DNA of 64,000 nucleotides from the NCBI GenBank assembly GCA_009838645.1, contig VXRC01000025.1, positions 19,173-83,172 of the forward strand, written 5' to 3'. Source of the DNA: Gemmatimonadota bacterium. GTDB taxonomy: Bacteria; JAAXHH01. The position numbers and the translations under genes were made by a program. Position 1 is the first letter of the stretch. The number at the start of each line of letters is the position of its first letter. The notes beneath the pieces were generated by a model. The model worked only from the letters and a program-made list of their open reading frames with translations. It had not been told where the DNA came from and did not search any database. Below are positions 43,957-53,224 of the stretch, piece after piece.

Positions 43957-45576
43957 TCAAGGAGCGGGATTCGCCATGAAGGCTTCGACGTCCTCGATCG
44001 TCCGGGGCGTGCCTTCCGACAGCACCTGGTGTCCGTCTTCGGTCACCAGCACGTCGTCTTCGATGCGCACCCCGATATTCCGGTACCGTTCGAAGGCGGG
44101 CCGTATCGCCTCGATCAGCGCACGGTTCCGCGGAGTGTCGTCCAGGTTCTCCAGCGTGTCCTCCCGGACGTAGATGCCCGGTTCCACCGTGATCACCATG
44201 CCCGGCCTGAAGGGCATGTCCCTTCCGCCCACGTCATGGACGTCCAGTCCGATCCAGTGGCTCGTGCCGTGCATGTACCACATGCGGTACTGGTTATCGG
44301 ATGTACTCGTGATCAGCCCCAGTTTCAGGAGTCCGTCCGCGATCACCTTCCGCGCCACTTCATGCACCCTGCGCATGGTCATGCCCGGCCGGACGGCGGC
44401 GACGCCCCGGGCATGGGCGTCGAGGACGACCTCGTACACTTCGCGCTGGACCTCCGAAAAGACCCCGCCGACCGGGAACGTCCGCGTAACGTCGGCCGTG
44501 TAGTATCCGACGGCCGCGCCGATATCGGCCAGGACGAGTTCGCCGCTTGCGATCTTGCGGTTGTTTTCCTCGTAGTGGAGGGTCGTGGCGTTGGGTCCCG
44601 AGGCCACGATGGACGGGAAACCCCAGTGGGCGCCGTGCGCGCGATAGGTGGAAAGAATGATGCCGTCGAGTACGGATTCGTTCAATGGTCCGCCCGGTCC
44701 GCCTGGTACGCTTGCCCTGCGCATGATGGCGCGCTGCGCCAGGCGGGTGATGTCGACGGCGCGCTGCAGCCGCTGGAGTTCCCAGTCCGATTTGACGACG
44801 CGCAGGTCCCGGAACAGGCCGGACGCCAGCCGTACCTGGACGGCGGGAAAACGGGCGGCCTCCGCCGCGAACCGGAGGGCTTGCGGATACCGGCTGCCGT
44901 ACCGGGAACTGGCGTCGGCCAGGAGCCAGACGGCCACGGGCGTTCCGTTCTCGACGGATTCGCCGATGGCCCGGTAGTCCCCTGCGTCATCGGAGGGGCG
45001 TTTTTCATAGGCCGATCCGTGGAGGACGGCCTCCACGAAGGCGTCGAATTCCTCAATCGGCCAGACATGGGCGATCCCGGTCCGTTGCCGGGCCTCTTCC
45101 ACCCCGATCATGTGTCCGGTCCAGATCTCACGGGCGGGGTCGCGCCTGGGGAGGAAGAGGATCTCCTTCTGGCTTCGGTTTCCGGGCAGCAGCACGAGGG
45201 CGGCGCCGGGCTGGCTGATGCCGGTCAGGTAGAAGAGGTTGCTTTCCTGGCGGTAGGGAAAGTTTACGTCGTTGCTGAACACCTTGGGCTCCGCCCCGAA
45301 GAGGATCATGATCCCGCTGCCCATGCCGTCGAGGATCCGTTCCCGCCTTTCCGCCAGCTCCTTCACAAGCGCCGGCCCGGGGTCCTCCGTGATCGACAGG
45401 GACTCGGTCTGGGCGTCGGCCGGGGGAGCCGAGTTTACGCCGTATAGGACCATTCCCCAGAGCGCGGCAGTGAAGATCGAGCGCAGCGCGGCGGAAAAAA
45501 CCGGGCCGAGTGTAGTACCGGCCGCGCGCTGCGCGTTACCGGCCTTAAAAAGACCAGTTTTATAACGTGGATTCAT
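43957..45576 (-). CDS. Xaa-Pro aminopeptidase (M24B) with signal-like N-terminus
   Basis: FPYRQESNLFYLTG, TLHY, DIGA..GYYTADVTRTFP, HGTSHWIGLDVHD, TVEPGIY, VRIEDD. Confidence 0.9.
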   Translation of the reverse strand: MNPRYKTGLFKAGNAQRAAGTTLGPVFSAALRSIFTAALWGMVLYGVNSAPPADAQTESLSITEDPGPALVKELAERRERILDGMGSGIMILFGAEPKVFSNDVNFPYRQESNLFYLTGISQPGAALVLLPGNRSQKEILFLPRRDPAREIWTGHMIGVEEARQRTGIAHVWPIEEFDAFVEAVLHGSAYEKRPSDDAGDYRAIGESVENGTPVAVWLLADASSRYGSRYPQALRFAAEAARFPAVQVRLASGLFRDLRVVKSDWELQRLQRAVDITRLAQRAIMRRASVPGGPGGPLNESVLDGIILSTYRAHGAHWGFPSIVASGPNATTLHYEENNRKIASGELVLADIGAAVGYYTADVTRTFPVGGVFSEVQREVYEVVLDAHARGVAAVRPGMTMRRVHEVARKVIADGLLKLGLITSTSDNQYRMWYMHGTSHWIGLDVHDVGGRDMPFRPGMVITVEPGIYVREDTLENLDDTPRNRALIEAIRPAFERYRNIGVRIEDDVLVTEDGHQVLSEGTPRTIEDVEAFMANPAP

Positions 45577-45637
45577 GGGTCGTCGTCCTTGTATTCCGTG
45601 GTGGCAGCCCGCCAGGCCGCGTGGAATCGAGTATGTC

Positions 45638-46849
45638 TCAGGTGGTATATTCCGCGTTCACGGTCACGTATTCGTGGGACATGTCGCAGGTCCACACCGT
45701 CGCCGCGCCGTCTCCCAGCTTGAGGTCGATCTCGACGGGTATTTCACTGGCGGAAAGGGCCTCCCGCATGGCCGGTTCGTCGAGGGGGAGCCCCTGGCCG
45801 TCGCATGTCAGCTGGTAGCCGCAGAGGTACAGGTCGATCGTGTCCGGATCCGATTCGGCGCCGGCGTACCCGACGGCGCAGAGGATCCGGCCCCAGTTGG
45901 GATCGTGGCCGTAGATGGCCGTCTTCACGAGGGCGGAGTTCGCCACGCTCATGCCGATCGTCCGGGCGTCCTCGTCCGAAGAGGCGCCCCGCACGCGGAT
46001 CTCCACGAGTTTGGTCGCGCCTTCGCCGTCCCGGGCGATCTTCTTCGCCAGGTCGGTGCAGACGTGCTCGAGGGCTTCGGTGAACCGCTCGTAGGCGTCC
46101 CCGGAAGGCTGCGTGATCGGCGGATTGCCCGCGGCGCCGTTAGCCAGGATGAACACGGTGTCGTTCGTGCTCATGTCTCCGTCTACGGTGATGCAGTTGA
46201 AGGACTTGCCCACGGTCCGTCGGAGGGCCGACTTGAGGGCGCCCGGCGCGATGGCGGCGTCCGTCGTGACCACGCCGATCATCGTGGCCATGTCCGGGCA
46301 GATCATGCCCGCGCCCTTGGCGATCCCGCCGACTGTCACGGCCGCACCGTCCAGATCGCACCGCACCGCACAGGTCTTGGGCACCGTGTCGGTCGTCATG
46401 ATCGACTCGGCGGCGTCCGGGTCAGGCCCAAGCGGCTGCCGGCCCAGCGCTTCCCGGATGCCTTCGCGGATCACGTCCATGGGCAGGGGCCGTCCGATGA
46501 CCCCGGTGGAAGCGACGAGGATCTCGCTCGCGGGCACGGACAGCCCCTCGGCCACCAGGGCGGCCATCTCCCGGGCGTCCGCCATGCCGGGTTCCCCGTT
46601 GCACGCGTTGGCGTTGCCGCTGTTGACCACGACGGCCCGCGCCATGCCGGTCTGCAGATGGGCTTTGGAAAGCGTCACCGGTGCGGCCTGCACCCGGTTC
46701 GTGGTGAACACCCCCGCCGCGGAGGCGGTGCCGCCCGCGTCGATCACCACCAGGTCCTTGCGGCTGCCCTTCGGACTGTTGATGCCGCAACCCGCCGTGT
46801 TGGCCAGGAACCCCTTCGGGGCCAGTACGCCGCCGTCTAACGTCTGCAT
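45638..46849 (-). CDS. argJ: Bifunctional glutamate N-acetyltransferase/ornithine acetyltransferase
   Basis: AGVFTTN, NSGNANA, STGVIG, IMTTD, KGAGMICPDMATM, DGDMSTND, ARDGEGATK, NAEYTT; start re-called at MQTLDG. Confidence 0.96.
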   Translation of the reverse strand: MQTLDGGVLAPKGFLANTAGCGINSPKGSRKDLVVIDAGGTASAAGVFTTNRVQAAPVTLSKAHLQTGMARAVVVNSGNANACNGEPGMADAREMAALVAEGLSVPASEILVASTGVIGRPLPMDVIREGIREALGRQPLGPDPDAAESIMTTDTVPKTCAVRCDLDGAAVTVGGIAKGAGMICPDMATMIGVVTTDAAIAPGALKSALRRTVGKSFNCITVDGDMSTNDTVFILANGAAGNPPITQPSGDAYERFTEALEHVCTDLAKKIARDGEGATKLVEIRVRGASSDEDARTIGMSVANSALVKTAIYGHDPNWGRILCAVGYAGAESDPDTIDLYLCGYQLTCDGQGLPLDEPAMREALSASEIPVEIDLKLGDGAATVWTCDMSHEYVTVNAEYTT

Positions 46850-46851
46850 GG

Positions 46852-49800
46852 TCAAGCCCTCGCTTCTTTCAACGTCTCGTGCCACTCCTGCAGGCTCTTC
46901 ACGGAGATCTCGCGGCCTTCGTTCTTGAGCGCCTGGATGGCCTTGACCGCGGACCAGGCCGCCGAGAGCGTGGTGATGCACGGGATGTTCGCCTCGATGG
47001 CTGCGCGGCGGATCATGTAGTCGTCGTCCCGCGCGCTTTTGCCCAGGGGCGTGTTGATGATGAGTTGAATGTCGCTCCGCCGGATGTGGTCCACGATGTG
47101 CGGTTCGCCCTCCCAGACCTTGTTGACCCGGACCACCTCCAGGCCGGCGTCCTCCAGCGTGCGGCCGGTGCCGCTCGTCGCCATGATCGTGAAGCCCAGC
47201 ATATCGAGCTCCCGGGCGATATCCACGACATTCTCGTGGTCGAAGGCGTTGACGCTGACCAGGACGGTGCCGGACAGGGGCAGGGAGCCGCCTGCCGCGC
47301 TCTGCCCCTTGGCGAAGGCGATCCCCGGCTCTTCGTAGATGCCCATGACTTCACCGGTCGATTTCATTTCGGGCCCGAGCAGGCTGTCCGAACCGGCGAA
47401 TTTGACGAAGGGCAGCACGACCTCCTTCACCGAAGCGTAGGGCGGGATGATCTCCTCGGTGAACCCGAGTTCGCGCAGCGTCTTCCCGGCCATGACCTGC
47501 GCCGCGAGCTGGGCGAGGGGCACGCCGATGGCCTTGGACACGAAAGGTATCGTACGCGAGGCCCGCGGGTTGACCTCCAGCACGTAGACGACGTCATTCT
47601 TGATGGCGTACTGCACGTTGATCAGGCCGACGACCTTGAGGCTTCTCGCCAGGGCGTGGGTGTAGGTCCTCATCGTGTCGATGTGCATGGGCTTGACCAT
47701 GTAGGGCGGTAGCACGCAGGCGCTGTCGCCGGAATGGATGCCCGCCTCCTCGATGTGTTCCATGATCCCGCCCAGGACGACGTCCGTCCCGTCGGAGATG
47801 GCGTCCACGTCGTACTCGAAGGCGTCCTCGAGGAACTTGTCGATGAGGATGGGATGTTCGGGCGACACGTGGACGGCGGTCCGCATGTAGGTCTGCAGGG
47901 AGTCGTCGTCGTAGACCAGAGCCATGTTGCGGCCGCCGAGGACGTAGGAAGGCCGCACCAGCACGGGGTATCCGATCTCGCCCGCCACCTCGCGGGCCTC
48001 TTCGAAGGAGAAGACCGTCCCGTGGGGCGGATGGGGGATGCCCAACTCCGTCGTCAGGGCGCCGAACCGCTTGCGGTCCTCGGCCAGGTCGATGCTGTCG
48101 GGCGAGGTGCCGATAATGGGCACGCCCGCGCGCTCGAGCGGCAGGGCCAGCTTGAGGGGCGTCTGCCCGCCGAACTGGACGATCACGCCGTCCGGCTTTT
48201 CCGTCTCGACGATGTTCATCACGTCTTCGAAGGTGAGAGGCTCGAAGAACAGCCGGTCCGAGATGTCGTAATCGGTGCTCACGGTCTCCGGGTTGCTGTT
48301 GACCATGATCGTCTCGTACCCGTCCTCCTTCAGCGCCATGACCGCTTGCACGCAGCAGTAGTCGAACTCGATCCCCTGGCCGATGCGATTCGGCCCGCCG
48401 CCAAGGATCATGATCGTCTTCCGCGTCTTGGGCCGGGTCTCATTCTCGGTCTCGTAGGTCGAATAGTAGTAGGGCGTCATGGCCTCGAACTCGGCCGCGC
48501 AGGTGTCGACGGTCTTGAACACGGCGTCCACGCGCGCCTCGATGCGCCGGGCGCGGACCGACCGCTCGTCGCTGCCGGTCAGGTGGGCGATCTGCACGTC
48601 GGAGAAACCGGCCTGCTTGGCCCTGTGCAGCAGTTTTCGGGGCATGGACCCGTTCCGGTGCGCGCCGATTTCGCCCTCGAGCTCGACGATGTCCCGCAGG
48701 TTGTGCAGGAACCAGGGATCGACGCCGGTCAACGTGTAGATCTCTTCGATGGGCATGCCGAGCTGAAGGGCGGTCTTGATCTGGAAGATGCGCTCCGCCG
48801 TGGGCCGGGACATCTGCTCCCTGAGGTCATCCAGCACGCCGTCCGCCCGTCCGTCCGCCCGTCCCGCGGCCAGGGTGCCGGCGTCCACCGCGTCCTTCCC
48901 GTCCGCCCGTCCCGCGGCCAGAGTGCCGGCGTCCACCGCGTCCTTCCCATCCGCGCCGAGGCCGTGGCGGTCTATCTCCAGGCCCCTGAGCCCTTTCTGG
49001 AGCGCTTCCTTGAAGGTCCGGCCGATGGCCATGGTCTCGCCCACCGACTTCATCTGCGTACCGAGCTGGGTGTCGGCGTTGGGGAATTTTTCGAAGGCCC
49101 ACCGCGGGATCTTCACCACCACGTAGTCGATGGTGGGCTCGAAGGAAGCCGGGGTTTCGCGGGTGATGTCGTTCGGGATCTCGTCCAGCGTATATCCGAC
49201 CGCCAGCTTCGCGGCGATCTTGGCGATGGGGAAGCCCGTGGCCTTGGAGGCGAGGGCCGAGCTGCGGGACACGCGGGGGTTCATCTCGATGGCCAGGATG
49301 CGGCCGTTTTCGGGGCTGACGGCGAACTGGATGTTCGATCCGCCCGTCTCCACGCCGATTTCCCGGATCACTTTGATTGAGGCGTCCCGTAGGGCCTGGT
49401 ATTCCTTGTCCGTGAGGGTCTGCGCGGGCGCGACCGTGATGCTGTCGCCGGTGTGCACGCCCATGGGATCGAAATTCTCGATGGAGCAGATGATGACCAC
49501 GTTGTCGGCCAGGTCCCGCATGACCTCGAGTTCGTATTCCTTCCAGCCGATGACCGACTCCTCGATCAGCACCTCGGTGATGGGACTGGTGGACAGGCCC
49601 CATTCGACGGCTTCGGCGTATTCCGACTCGCTGCGCGCAATGCTCCCGCCCGCGCCGCCCAGGGTGAAGGCCGGTCGGATGATGGCGGGAAAGCCCGTAT
49701 TCTTCACCAGTTCCCAGGCCTCGTCGACAGTCCGCGAGAAGCCGCCCCGGGGCACCTCCAGGCCGATGCGTTCCATGGCCTGCTGGAACAGTTCCCGGTC

Positions 49801-50181
49801 CTCCGCCATCTTGATCGCCCCGAGCTTGGCGCCGATGAGTTCGACCCCGTAGCGGTCCAGCGTGCCCGACTCGGCGAGCTCGACGGCGACGTTCAGGGCG
49901 GTCTGTCCCCCGAGCGTGGGCAGCAGCACGTCGGGGCGCTCGCGCCGGATGACCTTCTCCACGTATTCCGCGGTGATGGGCTCGACGTAGGTCCGGTCCG
50001 CCATGTCCGGATCCGTCATGATCGTGGCCGGGTTGCTGTTAATCAGTACGACCCGGTAGCCTTCTTCGCGGAGCGCCCTGCAGGCCTGCGTGCCGGAATA
50101 GTCGAACTCGCAGGCCTGTCCGATGACGATCGGCCCGGAGCCGATGATCAGGATGGATTCGATGTCGGTGCGTTTCGGCAA
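46852..50181 (-). CDS. carB: Carbamoyl-phosphate synthase large subunit (TTG start, LPKRTDI)
   Basis: [18 protein letters not shown], duplicated ATP-grasp, [20 protein letters not shown] domain. Confidence 0.97.
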   Translation of the reverse strand: MPKRTDIESILIIGSGPIVIGQACEFDYSGTQACRALREEGYRVVLINSNPATIMTDPDMADRTYVEPITAEYVEKVIRRERPDVLLPTLGGQTALNVAVELAESGTLDRYGVELIGAKLGAIKMAEDRELFQQAMERIGLEVPRGGFSRTVDEAWELVKNTGFPAIIRPAFTLGGAGGSIARSESEYAEAVEWGLSTSPITEVLIEESVIGWKEYELEVMRDLADNVVIICSIENFDPMGVHTGDSITVAPAQTLTDKEYQALRDASIKVIREIGVETGGSNIQFAVSPENGRILAIEMNPRVSRSSALASKATGFPIAKIAAKLAVGYTLDEIPNDITRETPASFEPTIDYVVVKIPRWAFEKFPNADTQLGTQMKSVGETMAIGRTFKEALQKGLRGLEIDRHGLGADGKDAVDAGTLAAGRADGKDAVDAGTLAAGRADGRADGVLDDLREQMSRPTAERIFQIKTALQLGMPIEEIYTLTGVDPWFLHNLRDIVELEGEIGAHRNGSMPRKLLHRAKQAGFSDVQIAHLTGSDERSVRARRIEARVDAVFKTVDTCAAEFEAMTPYYYSTYETENETRPKTRKTIMILGGGPNRIGQGIEFDYCCVQAVMALKEDGYETIMVNSNPETVSTDYDISDRLFFEPLTFEDVMNIVETEKPDGVIVQFGGQTPLKLALPLERAGVPIIGTSPDSIDLAEDRKRFGALTTELGIPHPPHGTVFSFEEAREVAGEIGYPVLVRPSYVLGGRNMALVYDDDSLQTYMRTAVHVSPEHPILIDKFLEDAFEYDVDAISDGTDVVLGGIMEHIEEAGIHSGDSACVLPPYMVKPMHIDTMRTYTHALARSLKVVGLINVQYAIKNDVVYVLEVNPRASRTIPFVSKAIGVPLAQLAAQVMAGKTLRELGFTEEIIPPYASVKEVVLPFVKFAGSDSLLGPEMKSTGEVMGIYEEPGIAFAKGQSAAGGSLPLSGTVLVSVNAFDHENVVDIARELDMLGFTIMATSGTGRTLEDAGLEVVRVNKVWEGEPHIVDHIRRSDIQLIINTPLGKSARDDDYMIRRAAIEANIPCITTLSAAWSAVKAIQALKNEGREISVKSLQEWHETLKEARA
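48839..48954. repeat. In-frame 48-bp tandem duplication inside carB
   Basis: 48851-48898 and 48899-48946 differ at one base; encodes ([16 protein letters not shown])x2 plus partial copies. Confidence 0.92.
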
Positions 50182-50265
50182 GCTGACCCTCAAAAGGGAC
50201 CGCGGTGAGGCGCCCACGGCGGGGCGCCCGCGCGTCACCTGCGTTCAGTTGGAGCAAATCGTTTG

Positions 50266-50294
50266 AATATAAAGTGAGAAGGCCCGAATCGCAA
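50266..50294 (-). promoter_or_regulatory. Possible carB-argJ promoter overlapped by an inverted repeat
   Basis: Minus strand TTGCGA-17 nt-TATATT; GCCCGAATCG...CGATTCGGGC arms at ~50282-50318. Confidence 0.5.
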
Positions 50295-50411
50295 CGTTAA
50301 AACCGGGCCGATTCGGGCACGGCGGATGCTGGAGGGCTGTGCGAGGCGGGGTGGGTGGACCGTGCTCCGCGGGTGCGGATGGATCAGGCGCGGCGGGGCG
50401 GACCAGCGCGC

Positions 50412-53168
50412 TTATTCCAGCGACCGGAGCAGGACTTCCTGGGCGGCTTCGAATCCGGGCGCGTCCTCCAGGGCTTTCAGTGCGGCCTTCCTGGCGTCGT
50501 CCTTCCTTCCCGCCGCCAGGTATGCGCGGGCCAGGTCGTACTGCGCCTGCACCCGGTCGGTGGTCTCGACCGCCAGCACGGCTTCGTACTCCGGCACGGC
50601 TAGGTCCGGCCTTCCATCCCGTTCGTACAAACCGGCGCGTATCTTGCGGATCTCGGCGTCGAAGGGATCGATCATGACGGCCCGTTCCAGGATGCGGAGG
50701 GCGTCCCCGCGCCGGCCTTCCCGGGCGTAGAGCCCGGCCAGGGTCTTGCAGGATTCGATGTCGTCCTCGTCAACGGCGGTGAGTGCCTCGAGGGCCTCCA
50801 TCGCCGCTTCCGTGTTCCCCTGTTCGAGGTAGATTTCCGCCAGCAATGCGTGGGGATTTCCGGCATGGGTGTAATGTGCGTAGAGGGTCCGGGCGCGCTC
50901 AAGCGGCGCGATGGCTTCTTCGTACCGTTTCTGCATGTGCAACGCCTGGCCCAGCATCAGATGGGCGAAGAAACTCTCCGGATGTTCGGTCGCCATCGCC
51001 TCCAGTTCGGCCATGGACGGTTTCTCGTCGCGCGACGGCTTGAATTGCAGGACGCGCCTGAGCCCGGCGATCCGCTTTTCGGTATAGTCCGCGAAAGCCT
51101 GGTCGAAGTCTTCCATGGACCGGCCCGTTACCTCGCGAACGACTTCGGCAGTGGTCCGATTCCGGTTGTACAGGTCCAGCATGTGCCGGACCGCCTCGAA
51201 TCCGAAGGTGTCCACGATGTATTCCACGACGATCGAGGCCTGGTAGTAGGAAAGGACGATCTGGTTCCGTGACTTCGGCCGGGTGAAACCCCGGTTCAGC
51301 TCGCTGACGGCGAGCAGTTCGCCCTGGACCGCCGCCTCGGTGAACTCCGCTTCCAGGTCCATGTCCCATTCCGGGCGGGCGAGGCGCGTCTCGTAGACGG
51401 CGATGCCTTCCGCCAACCAGCGGGGGATGCGGTTGCGCGTCTGCTGCAGATGGGTGACGTGGACGTACTCGTGCCAGAGCGTCTGCCCCCAGTTGAACGT
51501 CCCCTTCGGCCGGGCCCTGGGCGAATTCGCCACCACCACCTCGCCGAAGCAGACCCCCAGCAGGCCGCCCGTTCCCGGCACGCCGGCGATGCGCACCATG
51601 AAATCGTCGTTGTCCGGCAGCATCTCGACATGCACGTGTCCACCCGGCGTGAATCCGTACCGCGGAGCGATCGTCCGGTGGGCTTCTTCGAGCAGATCGA
51701 GGGCCAGCTTTCCGTACACGGCGTCTTCGTCCCGGTGGATCTTCAGGATAAACGGGCCGCGTTCCCGTGTCTCGAAATCCTCGAAGGAGTCGAGCAGCTC
51801 CAGCGTGTTGTAGGTCCGGGTGTCGAAGGGATCCCGGTCGAAGGCCTGTTCCAGCATCCGGCGGGCCTCATCCATCTCGCCGACCCGGGTCAGGCTGATC
51901 CCCAGTCCGGCATAGGCCGACCAGAGCACGGGATCGGTCTCGATCGCCCGGCGGCCCATCTCCACGGACTCCCGGAACCGGTAGCGCCGCGTGAGGTGGT
52001 TCGCGATGATTTCATACATCCGGCCATAGGAAGAATTGATGTCCAGGACGCGCTGCCGGGCGCCTTCGAAATCGGCCTGGCGGCCTTGGCCGTGGTAAGC
52101 CGCCGCCAGGAGGGCATGGGTTCCGGGTGATTCCGGGTTGACCTCCAGGGCCTGGTCCAGTTGGCCGATCGCATCCTCATAGGCCTCGTCCGTCAGGTGA
52201 AGACCCGCGAGAAAATGGCGTCCCTCCATGAGCGCGGGGTTGATCGCGAGCGCCTTCCTCACCACGGCCTCCGCCGGCAACGGCTGTTTCTCCGCAACCG
52301 CCTCGGCCAGGCCGATCAGCGCGGGCGGATATCCAGGGTCGATCGTCAATGCGTCCTCGAAAATCCCGGTCGCTTCCGCGCTGTTGTGCTTGTCGAGGAA
52401 GAGGCGCCCCCACGCTACGTAGGCATCGAGGTGCCCGCTGTCGGCACGGGTGGCCGCGGCCAGAAAGGCATTGGCCTCGTGAGAAAGCTCCAGGTACCGC
52501 GCGGCGAGCCCCGCGGCCATCAGGTTCGGTGCGTTCGCCGGCCCTTGCGTTCCCGTGTCCCTCAGGACTTCGCGGCACAGTTCAAGGCCCTCCTCGGTCC
52601 TGCCCGTCGTGAAATACACCTCCGCGAGCCGAACGGAAGCCAGCGCCGGCCCGCCCCGGCGGGACCGGGCGGCGGCCAGGGCGGACTCCGCTTCGTCATA
52701 CCGGCCCAGGCGCAGGAGAAGTCTACCGAGCAACGCGCGCATCTCGCCGATCGCGGTCGTCGCGCCGGTTTCGGCCGCGTCGCTCGTCGCGCCCGCGGCT
52801 CCAGGTGCGCCCGCATCGCCAGTCGCATCCGCCCGCTCCACCTCGCTCTTCAGGAGTTCGACGGCCTGCCCATACTGTCCGACGGTTGCATGAAGCCTCG
52901 CCAGCGCCAGGATCGTCTCGTTGCGCCGCGCCTGCTCCTCCGAATTGCCGGCGCCAGCGGTGCGCAGGCGGGCGTTCTGCCGTGAAACCTCCGCCTGGAG
53001 TTCCTCGATCCGGTCCACGTAGTGCTGGCGCGCAACGCGGCCTTCCTCGGTCGCCTGTTCGAAGGCGGCGCCGTCCTGGGCTGTTGTGCCCTGGGCGGTT
53101 GCAGGAGGAGGGGTTTCCACCGCGGAGAGCAGCAGAAACACCACGAACAGACGGGCGGTTCTTATCAT
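50412..53168 (-). CDS. Exported TPR-repeat protein with central peptidase MA-like (gluzincin) domain
   Basis: Signal peptide, many TPR helices, WHEYVHV..Q...IPRWLAEG.AVYE (HExxH plus downstream E). Confidence 0.82.
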   Translation of the reverse strand: MIRTARLFVVFLLLSAVETPPPATAQGTTAQDGAAFEQATEEGRVARQHYVDRIEELQAEVSRQNARLRTAGAGNSEEQARRNETILALARLHATVGQYGQAVELLKSEVERADATGDAGAPGAAGATSDAAETGATTAIGEMRALLGRLLLRLGRYDEAESALAAARSRRGGPALASVRLAEVYFTTGRTEEGLELCREVLRDTGTQGPANAPNLMAAGLAARYLELSHEANAFLAAATRADSGHLDAYVAWGRLFLDKHNSAEATGIFEDALTIDPGYPPALIGLAEAVAEKQPLPAEAVVRKALAINPALMEGRHFLAGLHLTDEAYEDAIGQLDQALEVNPESPGTHALLAAAYHGQGRQADFEGARQRVLDINSSYGRMYEIIANHLTRRYRFRESVEMGRRAIETDPVLWSAYAGLGISLTRVGEMDEARRMLEQAFDRDPFDTRTYNTLELLDSFEDFETRERGPFILKIHRDEDAVYGKLALDLLEEAHRTIAPRYGFTPGGHVHVEMLPDNDDFMVRIAGVPGTGGLLGVCFGEVVVANSPRARPKGTFNWGQTLWHEYVHVTHLQQTRNRIPRWLAEGIAVYETRLARPEWDMDLEAEFTEAAVQGELLAVSELNRGFTRPKSRNQIVLSYYQASIVVEYIVDTFGFEAVRHMLDLYNRNRTTAEVVREVTGRSMEDFDQAFADYTEKRIAGLRRVLQFKPSRDEKPSMAELEAMATEHPESFFAHLMLGQALHMQKRYEEAIAPLERARTLYAHYTHAGNPHALLAEIYLEQGNTEAAMEALEALTAVDEDDIESCKTLAGLYAREGRRGDALRILERAVMIDPFDAEIRKIRAGLYERDGRPDLAVPEYEAVLAVETTDRVQAQYDLARAYLAAGRKDDARKAALKALEDAPGFEAAQEVLLRSLE

Positions 53169-53224
53169 AACGGACCGGGTAGGAATAGGGGGTTAAATAT
53201 ATGATTGGTAATGACTTATGTGTG

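Noticed and set aside
50182-50240. Riboswitch or PyrR-type attenuator in the carB leader
   Set aside because: GC-rich hairpins are present but there is no recognisable aptamer, PyrR motif or terminator U-tract.
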